Origin: Octopus vulgaris
Taxonomy: Eukaryota
Reading direction: 5' to 3'
Assembly (NCBI GenBank): GCA_951406725.2
Contig: OX597824.1
Span: 27,094,001 to 27,158,000, forward strand
DNA length: 64,000 bases
A program made the position numbers and the translations under genes. Under the pieces are notes generated by a model that was not told where the DNA came from, searched no databases, and saw only the letters and a list, made by a program, of their open reading frames with translations. Positions 1 through 16,487 of the stretch are shown one piece after another; the first letter of the stretch is position 1, and each line of letters begins with the position of its first letter.

Positions 1-108
1 AGCCAGCGGGGTGGCGTCATTTGAAGACTAAAACAATGCGAAGCGCATTGTGACCAGCGATGTGTAACAACATCTGATGGCCTGGTCGGTCACGGTGATC
101 ACGGTGAT
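1..108 (+). mobile_element. SINE group D (tail type D1), 3' end only, cut by window edge
   Basis: Reverse complement of the 3' part of the full copy at 16480-16787; ends in a repeated CACGGTGAT tail. Confidence 0.8.
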
Positions 109-531
109 CACATAGACACATATCAATGTATACATGTATGTATATACACAGACACATACATAAACCGAAACGACGCGTGTGTGATATAACAGATCAGCCC
201 TACCACAGCACACACGCACACACACACACACAAATGGTAGTATGTAAGGTCCAATTAATTTTTGACGCGCGTACCAGAAGCGCCAGACATGTAATCATAG
301 AATTTAATACCAATATCACATAGTATGATCGGAATAGATATTATTCACATACAATTACTGGCATCCACTAAAAACAGATATCGGTTTAGCACTCATTGTT
401 CAGTATGTCAGTAGGTGTATTTGGTCTTGAAGTATGTAAAGAAGAAAAAGACCCTTAATTGAATATTACCTCCAAGAAGTAATGACAAATATTGCAGGAG
501 TTGAATTTACGAGTGTGACTGTATGTGTGTG

Positions 532-585
<54 letters not shown>

Positions 586-592
586 CATAAAG

Positions 593-711
<119 letters not shown>

Positions 712-751
712 ATATACGCATACATATGTATCTGTATATATATATATATAA

Positions 752-794
<43 letters not shown>

Positions 795-957
795 TATATG
801 TAGATATATATTTGTATATATACAACTATTCGTACACACAAACGAATATAAGCGAGTATGTATATATAAATATACATACATTTATTTATACATTTCCGTA
901 TATGTGTGCCTTTGTGTGTGTATGCGTCTGTATGTGTCTACTACTTATGCATGCATG

Positions 958-1048
<91 letters not shown>

Positions 1049-1143
1049 GTATATATTGTGTATTAAAATGTTGATATCATGTTGCAATTAAACTGCGGAA
1101 ATATCCCAACGAATAGGCATTTAGTAATCGCACAACGCACAAT

Positions 1144-1238
<95 letters not shown>

Positions 1239-1292
1239 GTCTGTCTGTCTATCTATCTGTAAATACATGTATGTGTTGATAGATATAATAGA

Positions 1293-1324
<32 letters not shown>

Positions 1325-1621
1325 GTATATCTAAATATACAAATATATATAAATACATATATATATATATATATGTATATATATGTATATATATGCATGT
1401 ATATGTATATGTATATATATATGCATAAAGGGAGAATTCAAATATATATGTATATATATGTCTCTATATATATATATACAGATATATGTATATACAAGTA
1501 TATATTTATGTATATATATATGTATAAATATATATATATATATATGTATAAATGTATAAATATATATGTATATATATTTGTATATATATACATATATATA
1601 TATGCATACAGACATATATAC

Positions 1622-1653
<32 letters not shown>

Positions 1654-1782
1654 TTACATATAGATATACATAGATATATATATATACATACGTATATATA
1701 TGTACGTATATATAGCTATCTATGTATATACATATATGTATACTATACATACACAAATATACATATACATATATGCCCTCCT

Positions 1783-1813
<31 letters not shown>

Positions 1814-2309
1814 CATTAATTCATTCTTACATAAACATTAAATTTCTTTCTTCATCTTTTATCCTTGCAGCTGTTTTCTTCTTTTTGCTAAAAACAAAAA
1901 ACTCCATCTACCAAATAACATTTCACGTCGTGTGTACCCTTTGACATAACCCTCTAGGATTACCTGTATTTGTTACACATAATCCCCTAAAGGAGCAATT
2001 GCATAATATTGTCATTTTTTACCTGTAGCAATGTATAATATTTGTAACAATTATGAAATAAATCTAAGCGTTATTGGCCAGCATCTCTACCTTGAGTGAA
2101 CAGACACAATAAAAATGCACCCTTAGCGTTACCACCACTTAATTATCTAGGACTTAATTATCCAAAGTTTCCATATTTTGAATAAGGTCAGGTGTGTGGT
2201 TTCAGGGTGGATTAGCTGATAATACAAGGAACTCGAACGCACTCTCGCCTCATTTGTTTCATCAATATCGTTGTGCCTATTTTTCATTTTATTATGATTT
2301 TTATTATCA

Positions 2310-2413
<104 letters not shown>

Positions 2414-2523
2414 GTTGTTGTTGTTATTATTATTATTATTATTGCAATGTTTTGTAGTAGTTTATGTAAAACTGTTTTTCTTTTTATCAGCAATGTGCAT
2501 ACACGTACACACAGAAATATACA

Positions 2524-2642
<119 letters not shown>

Positions 2643-2889
2643 GTATATATATATGAAGAGATATGCACAGAAATATTATATAGATATTTATGTGCGTATA
2701 TATAAGAATATATAGAATTATTATCAAATATATTTTTTGTGTATAATTGTATGTAGAAGTATATATTATATTTCTTTATATGTAATAAATATGTAAATAT
2801 GCATATAAATATATACATGTTTAAATGTAGATATATATACATATATCATATACATATATACGTATACATTCATACATATGCATATATAT

Positions 2890-2980
<91 letters not shown>

Positions 2981-3673
2981 CATATATGTTTATATATTTA
3001 TAGGCGCAAACACACACGAGAAAGTCCTTTATATTCTGTTTTAAAGTTAAATGACTTAACGTCTTAGCTTGTCTTTGATAACTAAATTATTTCTCGTGTC
3101 ACAACAACAGACAACCAAAAACAAACCAAAGAAACCATTTGTTAATATGCAACCAAGAGAAATATCATATAAAAATATTTGTGAACGTTGTAATAGCAAC
3201 AAGTTCGCTGAATTAGCAACAAGTCGTACTGGAATATGGAAACATGTGTGGGAAAATTCATCGCATTAATTTATCTATGTGTGGGACAATTTAAGAGAGT
3301 GGCTTTGTAGTACGATTAATACTGCATTAAATGCCGATGTTGTGGGATTTCAATTCCCGATTGTAAAGGAATACAAGTAATAGGCTTAAAAACTTATGGG
3401 GAGGTTTTGTTAGTCTATGTCAAACGAGTGCCCTTGGAATAGTGAATACAATGACGGGCAGATAGGGTGACTGCGAGCATATCCAAAATCCAATACGTAC
3501 ATACATACATAATACATACATACATACATACATACATACATACATACATGCATGCATACACACATACATACATATAAACACAGATATATACATATGTAAA
3601 CATATGTATGTCTGTATCCATCTATCCACAATTTTCTACACACACATATCCAATTATATGTGCATATACAGAC

Positions 3674-3732
<59 letters not shown>

Positions 3733-3883
3733 AATATATAGGTATGTATATATATGTATATATACATATACACACTCACACATATGATATATAATATATA
3801 TACATGAATATACTTATATGTATGTTCTTACATGTATATAAAATATTTGTTCATAATCATATACTTTAACAATTTGTGTTCAA

Positions 3884-3942
<59 letters not shown>

Positions 3943-4672
3943 CACACACATTGATATGTGCGAGTGTCCGTATATTATGCATGGAGATGCTAATCTCAAT
4001 GCTATGTTGGGATTCTTATTAAAATATCTTGAATCTAATGAGCACTACAAACAACTTATAAATATATGTGTATCTACGACTGTAGGTATACATATATTTG
4101 TACCTCAATACATACATACTTAGATATATATACGAACATACATATATACATACATACATACATACATACAAATACCCTTCCCATATATATTTATTTGGAT
4201 ATGTAGGTGCTTGTATGTGTGTGAGTGTCAAAACTGTTTATCTTTATAATAAATTTGTACTCTACAGAAATAAATAATAACCCAAAAGATTAATGTAAAA
4301 TTGTTTTTATTACAACTGTACCCAGAAACAGAGGTTATTATATATGTATATGTGTGTGTGTGTGTGTGTGTCTATATAATATATATAGAAACACACACAC
4401 ACATATATGTATGTATATATATATATATATATATATATAAATATATACACAATTATATATATATATGTTTGTTTGTTTTTCACCTGCCTTCGTCTTTTGT
4501 CTATTTTCATAAAGCTTCCCGTTATATATATATATATATACACACACATATATATATAATCACACATATATACACACATATATATAATCTTCATACGTAT
4601 CCGTATTTCATATTGTCGAACATAAAAGCTACAATTTGATGTAGCAATATTTTAGTAATATGATATACATAC

Positions 4673-4750
<78 letters not shown>

Positions 4751-5215
4751 TTCATACATTACAGACGGGACGGACCTACTTCCCTACATCCGTTTAGATA
4801 ATAGTTATACATTTAATATATTATAACATCTGAGTTGTATTTATTACTCGTCATGTCGTTCACCTTATTGAATACATTTCCCCGTCGGATATAAAATATA
4901 GCTACGAGTTGCATTACATAACCCAGACTAAGACACTTGGAGTGTTAAATGTGTGATCTTCTCAACTTGTTGCATTTGTCTGCAAGCTCCCTCGTAATTG
5001 CTTTCCGCCGGGTTGATTTCTAGCATGTACGGAATCAAAAAGAAGCAGCGTTATGCCCTGCGAGCAAAAAAAAAAATCTGTCCTATTATCTTTTAGACTG
5101 ATATATGCTTATATACGCATATCAATATGCAACTATAGACATAGTTATATGCGTCATGTGTATGTGTGTGTGTATGTGTACATATATATATATATGTGCG
5201 TATGTATGTACATAC

Positions 5216-5282
<67 letters not shown>

Positions 5283-5339
5283 CATATATATACATATTTA
5301 TATATGTATATATATATATATATATGTATAAATATATAT

Positions 5340-5383
<44 letters not shown>

Positions 5384-5547
5384 GTATGTATGTGTGTACG
5401 TGTATGTATTACCTACATGTATATTAACATATATACCAAGTGAAAAATAAATACATATAAATATCTTTGCTAAATTTACAATGCACAAATATATATATAT
5501 ATATATTTCTATATATGTGTGTGTACAGATGTATATGTATATACATA

Positions 5548-5644
<97 letters not shown>

Positions 5645-6000
5645 CTGACTATTATGTACATATTTATGTATATATTTAGCAGAAGTAACAGAGTAACTCA
5701 GAGTCCAAGAGCTTCATGATTCTGCTGAATATCACTGAAAATATAAATACAATCATATATTGAGTGCTATTTTTCAGTTTGCATCAACATACCGGTATAT
5801 ACATATGTGTGTGTGTGTATATACATATATATACATATATATATAAATACACATACACACATATATAAATATATATCAATAACGATATTGATATAGTTAT
5901 ACTACAATTAAGAATCTATGAATGTACACACGGTCTCAAATACACACATGTACATATGTATCTTTGTGTGTTTACATATATATGTATGTATATATATATG

Positions 6001-6059
<59 letters not shown>

Positions 6060-6074
6060 ATATATATGTACATA

Positions 6075-6127
<53 letters not shown>

Positions 6128-6819
6128 ATATATGTATATATAATATACGTATGAAGGTATTAATATACACACACACACATATATATATTAATATAAAAGG
6201 TATTTATTATAAATAAGTAATATATATGTATTTCTATAAGAAATATTTGCACGACCTTTCTTTAGTGACCTAAACAGTTGTGTCTAAATTACACAGAATA
6301 AACAAACTTAACAACATTCAACAGCTGTACGGTGTTAACAGTTACATAACTTTCACTTTCAAGACAGGAATGAGAAATAAACCGAAAACTTTGCAGACAT
6401 GCATATAATTACATTCACATAAATTATGATAATTGCTGTCGTTTTAATACATGTAAAATAGAAATGTCAGAAGTACATGAAGTATACATGTAGTACGAAT
6501 GAATGAATATGATATAAAAATGATATAGAGCAAGTACATATACATGCAAGTACAGATACATGCATGCATACTAATACACAGGCACATGTATATATGTGAT
6601 TGTAAAAGCGTTTATAAGGAATAGATTATGGAAAACAAAACAATGATAGGTGAGGTAAAACTATAAGAAGGTACTGAAAAGAAAGTGCTTCTCGCAAAAT
6701 TTAAATTCAGTTTTAAACTTCGTGTTGGTTTATTTTTCATTGTTTAGAAATGCGTGAAAAAGTTGAAGGGAGAATTTGGATGAAGTATCAATTGTATAGA
6801 TTGGAAACTTGTAAGGTGA

Positions 6820-6926
<107 letters not shown>

Positions 6927-7005
6927 TAAGGATTAAGCAACAAGTTGCTTAACCACATACCGAAAATTTAGAAATATATGACAGTTTTATATATATATAC
7001 ATATA

Positions 7006-7043
<38 letters not shown>

Positions 7044-7068
7044 TAAGATTAAGCAACAATATATTTAG

Positions 7069-7137
<69 letters not shown>

Positions 7138-7294
7138 CATACATACATACATAAACAAATGTACATATATATTTATATACTTTTTAAGCATATATAATAT
7201 AATATATACACAGATATTTATATATATGTTTATATATATATATATATGTATATAAATAGATATATATATATATATACTAATACATATACGTATG

Positions 7295-7326
<32 letters not shown>

Positions 7327-7391
7327 TAGATATATAATATATATATATAAATTTATTCATACATATCCATATATATATATATTTCTGTATG

Positions 7392-7461
<70 letters not shown>

Positions 7462-7931
7462 CATACATATATGCAAATATATATTCAAGTATATATATAT
7501 TTACAAACTGGCAAACACACACAAAAATATAGCATATAAATATACAGACATATCCACACACATTTACACATAGACATATATAAATATACATATATATATA
7601 TATAGATATATATATACATATATACGTACATATATGTATATATGTGTGTATATATACATATGTGTGTGTAAATCTCTCTATACATACACATAGATATATA
7701 TATGAATATATATATGTGTGTCTGTGCTGAAAGTTTTAAAAAATCATGAAGGTATTTACAATTTATACTATAGAGTAATAATTAGAATGTATAATCACTT
7801 GGCTAATTACCATTTCATTTTAGTATATTTGTTTGTATAGGTTTCCATTTCTCTTTAACTTGTTGATTCTGAAATCATAGCAACTCAAACATATAAGTGC
7901 TCCGAGTTACTCACATATTCATATTACACAA

Positions 7932-7990
<59 letters not shown>

Positions 7991-8573
7991 TGCACATATG
8001 CAGTCGCCTTTCTATATTAACGTGTACGGAATGTATTATATTTCTATAAATGTAATACATACATATATATATATGTTCCTGTGTATATATACATATATTT
8101 GCATCTATATCTATACACTTACGTTTTTATCTATGTATATGTACATATATTGCATGTATATATATATACATACATATATACATATATATATAGATATATA
8201 TATATATATGTCTATATGTATGTATACAAATTTTTTTATGGAAGTACCGACTGTTTGTATTTGTATCCTTGCATCTTAATTTTTCGATATATGATCCCCT
8301 TTCAGGATTCTTTTGTAATATTGACAAAAAAAAAGCAATAAAAAAATTATGCGTATTAAAATATACGTAAATGCTCCAAGCACGCCATCACGCTCTTGAC
8401 GAGTGGAAGTTTTACGGTCGTTTTTGTTTCCTGCGTGCGAAATTCTTAAGGATTTATACTTCAGTTGTATGTGTTTCATTCAATTCACGAAATAATGATC
8501 ATTATCTGTACATAGTGTACCTCAGCGGAACACCTGATAGACGATCACCTGTATGGAATATGTGTGCGTGAGT

Positions 8574-8609
<36 letters not shown>

Positions 8610-8921
8610 CTGTATGTGTGTTTTATATATATATATATATATATACGCATACGCACGCATACACACGATCACACAAACACTTACACACACTCTCACATAT
8701 ATGATTACGCATATGTACATGCACATACATATTATTTATGTATGTAAATATATATTCATATATGTGCCATTTTATCTATCTATATAATGTACACATACTA
8801 ATATGTATATGAAAATATACCAGTGTATACATCTCTCTCTTTCTCCATATATATATATATATATATATATAGATAGATAGATTGATAGATAGATATAGAT
8901 ATATATACATATACATGCATA

Positions 8922-9052
<131 letters not shown>

Positions 9053-9202
9053 AAAATAGATAAATAGATGTATCTGTATATAGATGTATTTTTGTATGTA
9101 CATATGTATGTGTATATATATGTATACATGTGTTGTTAGCAAAATTTGCTTAATATTTCCAAGCAAGGTTATCCATAACAGCAGAATAATTTCTTGTTGT
9201 GT

Positions 9203-9360
9203 CTAGAATGATCCTCCGTCGACAGAGAAATTCATAGGGTAGTATGTCTGCTGTGGTTCCTTGAGAATCGTCAAGTAATTCATAGCACCGGTTGAATATG
9301 CCGTCAGGTGAAACTGAAAATCCCCAGTCAATACGATTTTCATATGAGGACTATCACAAA
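9203..9360 (-). mobile_element. Possible decayed LINE apurinic-endonuclease fragment
   Basis: Minus strand reads MKIVLTGDFQFHL, similar to the xxxGDFN motif of APE-type LINE endonucleases. One motif only, so weak. Confidence 0.25.
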
Positions 9361-9519
9361 ACCAGAAAACCTCTACGACTTTATATTCTGTTTGAAAGTT
9401 CTTAGCCTTTCTTCTAAAGGATTTATATTTTACGGTTGAGCAGTGAAAGAAGCTGAATGCTCAATAATTTAACAGCTTGCGCTCAGAATGTGTTGTTTTT
9501 AAGCAACAAGACGGGTAAG

Positions 9520-9687
9520 GGTGATGGTCTAGGGCTTAGGGGCCGGGGACCCCAGACCTTGGAGAAAAAAATCTTTGGTCGTCTTGTAGTCGAGGGCTCT
9601 TTGTTGACGCCCGACACCGCTGGGAGGTGGCCCTCGAAGTCGCTGGAAATGGAGATCTCCAAGTCCAAATTCTTAGACGGCAGAATG
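9520..9687. repeat. Dispersed repeat copy 1 (9520-9608 is the inverse of 13373-13464)
   Basis: About 90% identity by eye over about 90 bp to the reverse complement of 13373-13464; both copies end at the same GGTGATGG terminus. Confidence 0.75.
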
Positions 9688-10148
9688 TGGTGTGTGTGTG
9701 TATGCATACCTATACATATACGTATATACATATATATAGAAGTATGTATGTCTGTACATATGTATTCATATTTTGTCCTATTAGGGCATATGGATATGAA
9801 AGCAGATGTATACACATTCAAGCATTTACACATTTTATGTACTCTATTAGCATCACAGACACATATATGTAAGTAAACACACACACACACACACATATAA
9901 ATATTTATACACACATGTATATTATACACATATACTCATACACTTAGACCTACATGCTTACGTAAGTAAGTACTTACACCGCATGTTCTATAGCGTTGCC
10001 TTGATTTCGTCACTCATGCATTACAGCTGTTGTCCTCAATACAAAGCATAAATACAGCGCTGAATTCTTCCAGTGCGATTTCATAAAATGCTACTATTAC
10101 AACCATTATCACCACCACCACCCCTACCACCACCACCACCACCACCAT

Positions 10149-10222
<74 letters not shown>

Positions 10223-10337
10223 GTAATAATAATAATAATGATGATGATGATGATGATGATGATGATGGTGATGATAATAATTATAATAATAATAATAATA
10301 ATAATAATAGTAATAATAATAATAGTAGTAATAATAA

Positions 10338-11357
10338 TGATTGCATTTATTTGCCCCTAGGGCGATGGATGAAGGGGACTATGCAAAGACATAAAGTGTG
10401 TGTGTGTGTGTGTGAGGAGGGGTGTTACATATAATGGAATGATAGAAAAGAAAGGAAAGAAAGAAATTAAGTATACACGGTATACACAGAAAAAAGGTTA
10501 AAGAAAAGTGGGCGGGGAGGATGATAGAGACGTGGCCCTCCAGATATAGGAAGGCTTCTAGGGATAACCGAGGAACACCACTGCCCAAGATTTCCCTGAA
10601 ATCCCAGGAGAGCAAGTGCCCTCTCCAATTCCTCTTCGACTCAGAGGTTTACATTTACAGAGGTACCATCTACTCTTGCCATTTTCGCAACTTTCACCCA
10701 CCTTTCATTAAACTCATTCGAGGACAGCACTTCCCCCTCCACTCTCAATTTCCTTTTCAAGTGAAACTTGAAGAAGTCAATGAGGGCCCTACCAAAGTGG
10801 AACGTATCTGTCCTCGGGCCTTTCAGCCTTGTCCACCAAAGAACCTCTTTCTCCACAGCCAGCAGGCAAAGGAAAATTGCCTTGCCTGCCCTGATTGAAG
10901 AAGGCGGTGATGGGATCATCACTACAGACTCGGCCGACAGACGGATCCGCCCTACACGTGGTAGCAACTGTTCGACATAACCCCACAAGTCGGCAATGCC
11001 CAGGCATTGAACGAGGGCGCGTAGAACGGTTTCGTCACTCTGCGCGCACCTCGGACAAGCTAATCTGATAGAACATCCGTGATTGTAGACTTTATCTCGA
11101 ACCGGTAGCGGCCCATTATAGCACTGCCAGGCCAAGGACATCTAGAATTTATCCATGATAGATCCTGACTGGAAAGTCATCCGGAACTGGCTAGTTAGTT
11201 CGTTCGTTCCTATAGGCGCCCAAAGTCTCCCCAAAAACGTCGTCGCAATTCCCCGCCACCATCCCTGTATAAATTTTTGAATCGGAACATCCACCGATCC
11301 CATTCCCGGACTGATAGAGGGCCTTGAGCCCCTGACGACATTCTAGGTGCCAGGCGC
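10338..11357 (-). mobile_element. 5'-truncated L1/Tx1-clade non-LTR retrotransposon (ORF2 C-terminus with zinc-binding motif, plus 3' UTR)
   Basis: ORF 10641-11141 has LPVRDK...CPRCAQSDETVLRALVQC...LW, the zf-RVT-like CxxC-E-H-C pattern with His decayed, then VLWWTR. In-frame stops upstream, AATAAA at 10346-10351 (minus), (TAA)n tracts on both sides. Confidence 0.85.
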
Positions 11358-11515
<158 letters not shown>

Positions 11516-11519
11516 GATA

Positions 11520-11770
11520 ATAATAATCCTATTGGCACAAGATCTAGAATTTGAGGGGTTGTGGTCAGTCGATTACATCGAACCCCAGTGTTCTAACACG
11601 CATTTTATCGACCCCGAAAAGTGATTATCATTATAATAATCCCTTTTACTATAGGCACAAGGCCCGAAATTTGAGGGAGGGGGATATTCGATTCAATTGA
11701 CTGACCCCCGTGCGTATCTTTTACCTCAAAGACCTCAAAAGGATGAAAGGTAAAGTCAGCCTAGGCGCCA
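11520..11770 (-). mobile_element. Two degraded SINE group B fragments
   Basis: Contain GTCGATTACATCGA, TTTTATCGACCCCGAAA and GGATGAAAGG..AAAGTC, matching the reverse complement of group B. Confidence 0.6.
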
Positions 11771-12009
11771 TTTTTAATAATAGCGGTTTCAAATTTTACC
11801 TCAAGGCCAACAATTTAGGTGACACCTTGCGGATTTCATCGGTATGACAGTAATTTTGACGATAAAAATAATGCATACACTTGTATAAATATGTGTGTGT
11901 GTATGTGTGTGTATGTGTGTGTATGTGTGTATATATGTGTGTGTGTGTATAACTGCTATAAATGCACATTTATGAATACACAAATGAAACTGCATATATA
12001 CGTATCTAC

Positions 12010-12053
<44 letters not shown>

Positions 12054-12260
12054 ACATATAGGTTTTACATATACATATAATTGTATATGGCTACAAACAC
12101 ACACAGTCATACAAACAATTATACAAGTGTGTTTGCGTGACACACCATACATATATGAGTGTATGTGTGTGCGCGCGCGTATATACACATGTATCTATAT
12201 ATACATATGTATATATATGTATATATATGTATATATATATATTTTATATATGCACACACA

Positions 12261-12295
<35 letters not shown>

Positions 12296-12310
12296 TTACA
12301 TATATGTAAA

Positions 12311-12417
<107 letters not shown>

Positions 12418-12821
12418 ATATATATACATATATATATATATTATATTGTTTATATATACATATATGTAAATATACATAATGTGCGCGTAAATCTGTTTAT
12501 TTTTATACATACATCCCTATACGCACAAACGCTCCTATAGACATAAACATTGATCGGCACATACATAAGTGCAGACATACGACTGACATGTGCGTGCGTG
12601 TGTTTATAAAACTCCTGACCTATTCCCGTTACGTCGCTGTCTACACCCACCACCTGCTACCTATAGAAACTACAAGTGTGTTAAGTTAAGTAATACAGAG
12701 AGAGAGAGAGAGATGTAGGGAAGGATAAACAGATTTGATATATATATGTAAGAACTACGGTTGCCTGATATTTGGAATATGTAACACATTTTCACACATT
12801 TAGCTTTAATAACATATGATA

Positions 12822-12864
<43 letters not shown>

Positions 12865-12918
12865 AACACTCACACATATATATATATACGTATTATATTT
12901 ATATGTATATATATATTA

Positions 12919-12976
<58 letters not shown>

Positions 12977-13003
12977 CTATGTATCTATCCATCTATCTAC
13001 GTA

Positions 13004-13035
<32 letters not shown>

Positions 13036-13037
<2 letters not shown>

Positions 13038-13181
13038 TGTGGTTGTGTGGTAAGAAGCTTGCTTCCCAAACACATGGTTGTGGGTTCAGTCCCACTGCGT
13101 GGCACCTTGGGCAAGTATCTTCTAATATAGCTTCATGCCGACCAACGTCTTGTAAGTGGATTTGTTAGGCGAAAACTGAAA
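13036..13181 (+). mobile_element. SINE group A, 5' half
   Basis: tRNA-like head with B-box-like GGTTCAGTCC, then CORE-like GGCACCTTGGGCAAGT; matches full copies such as 22985-23372. Confidence 0.8.
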
Positions 13182-13234
13182 TGTTGTCACATATATTTAT
13201 GCATATGCGCAAGTGTCTTTGTCTTTTCTTTGTG

Positions 13235-13282
<48 letters not shown>

Positions 13283-13372
13283 TTATATATATATATATAT
13301 ACATGTATGTATGTGTATATATATATATACATGTGTTTGCGCATATGTGTGTGTGTATTATGCGTGCATTAT

Positions 13373-13464
13373 GTCAACGAAGAGCCCTCGACTACAACAA
13401 GACAACCAAAGATTTTGTTTTCCAAGGTCTGAGGTCTCCCGCCCCTAAGCCCTAGACCATCACC
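13373..13464. repeat. Dispersed repeat copy 2 (inverse of 9520-9608)
   Basis: Direct comparison: about 7 substitutions and one 3-nt indel. Confidence 0.75.
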
Positions 13465-13541
13465 TAATCGTCTCAACATTAGTAGTAACAGCAATAGGAG
13501 TAGTAGTATCAGCAGCAGCAGTAGTAGTAGCAGTAGCAATG

Positions 13542-13614
<73 letters not shown>

Positions 13615-13918
13615 AAAGGGAGCAAGTACGGCAACAGCACGACGCCGCTGCATCCACCATTTGTTGCTGATTCTCTGCTCCTGTTGGGGGTGACATCTTT
13701 GTACCACTCAAACGACAACCCTCCAACCCATGGTCATGGTCCTGTTTCGGGTAGTCTTTGCTGACGAGAGTTTCACGAGGTCGGAGTGCAAATCCTACGT
13801 TTAATCGCCTTTTATGATATGCAAAAGAAACGTTGGGTCCATTCTTTGGCATGCGGGTCCCCACGCAGCAGTTATTCGAAAAGCTTTAAAAAATTGGTAA
13901 TGTGTATCGTGTATAAGG

Positions 13919-14098
13919 GCTTGGCAGCATTTCGTCCGTCATAACGTTCTGCGTTCAATTTCCGCCATGGTCGGCTTTGCCTGTCATCCTTTCAGGGTCG
14001 ATAAAATAAGTACCAGTTGAGCACTGGTGGTGGTGGAGGGGGGTCAATGTAATCGACTTACCCCTCCCCCGAAATTGCCTTGTGCCAAAACTCGAAAA
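13919..14098 (+). mobile_element. SINE group B, diverged
   Basis: CTTTGCCTGTCATCCTTTCAGGGTCGATAAAATAAGTACCAG central domain shared with other B copies. Confidence 0.75.
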
Positions 14099-14343
14099 CA
14101 ATATGTTTTATATATGATGCATGAGCGCTAAAGAAATGCGTCCTGTGGACCACATGTGATACAGGGAAAAGGCACGAATGAATACGGTAATTACATAACA
14201 TCCGTTCCGCGTTCGAATCTTGCCGGGGTCACCATTCCTCTTTTGAGGGTTTATAAACAAACAACCAGTAATTAATCGGGTTCAATATATTCTACCGTTT
14301 CCTCGATACGCACACACGCGCGCGCACTCACACACACACACAC

Positions 14344-14436
<93 letters not shown>

Positions 14437-14650
14437 TGTATACATATACGCTTTCACAACTGCAAGTCTTTTGGAAGTGTATTGATTTTTCTACTAATTC
14501 AAGAGATGATTAGCAATTAACATATTTAGTGTTAATTAGGAAGATAGAAAAGTTGGCATTTTTGTTGTTGCTATTGTTTATAATTACTTTTATTTGTTAT
14601 TTTCAAGCTTTGAACATGTGTAATTTATTATGTATTTATATATGTTATAG

Positions 14651-14747
<97 letters not shown>

Positions 14748-14855
14748 GCGCACACACCCTGACGCACTCACTCATATACATATATACATACAGCAATCTT
14801 CAGAGAGTGAGAGAGAGAGAGGCAGAAGGAGAGAGATACAGAGGGAGAGAGAGGC

Positions 14856-14892
<37 letters not shown>

Positions 14893-15002
14893 CATGTTAT
14901 ACACACATACTCAAACATACAAATACACATACATACACTTATATTATCACTTGATACTATGTATATAGAAATTGAAATATATATTATGTGTCTGTGTATA
15001 TG

Positions 15003-15337
15003 AAGGAGAGAGAGAGAAAATGAGAGAGAAAGAGAGAGAGAGAGTGAGAGAGAGAATGAGAGAGGAAGAGAGAGAGAATGAGAGAGAGAGATAATGAGAG
15101 AGAGAGAGAATGAGAGAGAGAGAATGAGAGAGAGAGAATGAGAGAGAAATAGAGAGAGAGAATGAGAGAAAAAGAGAGAGAGAATGAGAGAGAAAGAGAG
15201 AGAGTGAGAGAGAGAATGAGAGAGGAAGAGAGAGAATGAGGGAGAGAGAGAATGAGAGAGGAAGAGAGAGAGAATGAGAAAGAAAGAGAGAGAGAATGAG
15301 AGAAAAAGAGAGAGAGAATGAGAGAAAAAAAGAGAGA
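15003..15337. repeat. (GA)n / GAGAGAAT compound purine-rich repeat
   Basis: Directly visible. Confidence 0.9.
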
Positions 15338-15585
15338 TGTTTACGTGTTTACGTGTGCATCTGCGCATGAGTGCGTGTATGCATGTATGTATGTATGTAG
15401 ATGTGCGCGCGTACGTGTCTACATCACGGTACGCTAATTCCGTAGGAGAATTACATGAAAAGTACACATGTCTGTCGAATGCTCAGTGACGTAAAGCTTA
15501 ACTCAGAAGCAAGCAGGTTACTCAGATTGTCTTAGAGCTGAATCATATCATCCATCATCCCTCTCTTCGATAGAAATCCAGCGAT

Positions 15586-15680
15586 GCAGGCGTGGTTGCG
15601 TGATAAGAAGCTTGCTTCCAAGCCACACATGGTTCCGGATTCAGTCCGACTACGTAGCATTTTGGAAAAGTTATCTTTCA
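15586..15680 (+). mobile_element. SINE group A, decayed 5' fragment
   Basis: AAGAAGCTTGCTTCC..CCACACATGGTTCCGGATTCAGTCC matches the A head. Confidence 0.6.
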
Positions 15681-15689
15681 GCAGAGACA

Positions 15690-15896
15690 AAATTTAACCT
15701 AAATTTGAGACACCAGCAAATGCACGTTCCCACTGCTTTATCGATCGCATTCTCACTTGGAATCGATTTTTGTCATTCTTTCAAGACTTATACACGCCCT
15801 GATACCGTCGGTATCTACTTATCAAATTTGAGCGCAATCGGATGGAGGATGCCCAAGATCCTAGAAGACACACAGACAGACAGACAGAACGGATTT

Positions 15897-15960
<64 letters not shown>
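15690..15960 (-). mobile_element. Probable 5' part of a non-autonomous Helitron-like element
   Basis: Minus strand: A|TC(TA)n..CAAAATCCGTT(CTGT)n..CCGATTGCGCTCAAATTTG. The TC start, (CTGT)n and CCGATT..AAATTTG layout is typical of small Helitrons; no 3' CTAG end seen. Confidence 0.5.
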
Positions 15961-16440
15961 TATATATAGATATATATATACATACATACATATATACATA
16001 CATATTTATGTATATAATTGAGCAACAAAGTTGTACAGGTGTCAAGTCTTTACGGCCGTTTCAAGCGACTCCTTTAATTGATTAATGAAAACATTACATC
16101 ATAGTAAAGAAACACAAAGTGCCAACCAACTGTTTTAACATATTCGTATCACCAACTGGAGTTCAAGTATTTACATTGATTCTGCTTGCTATTTCTTTGG
16201 CTCACCTACCCTGGAGTCTGCACCTTCAGAAATATTAGGGAAAACATTTTTATATATATTACATGTCTGAACAACCAAGAGTGGATCTCTTCACTAAGTC
16301 GGGTCGTGTTATCTATATACACTGTAAGAATATCAAGTGCAAACACTTCTGCACAGAGTTTGATATCCACCTGATATCGTGCAAATTAGATCGACCTTAA
16401 CAAGGTGCCTCAATTTAAGTACCTAATTCAGCTGAATATA

Positions 16441-16479
<39 letters not shown>

Positions 16480-16487
<8 letters not shown>

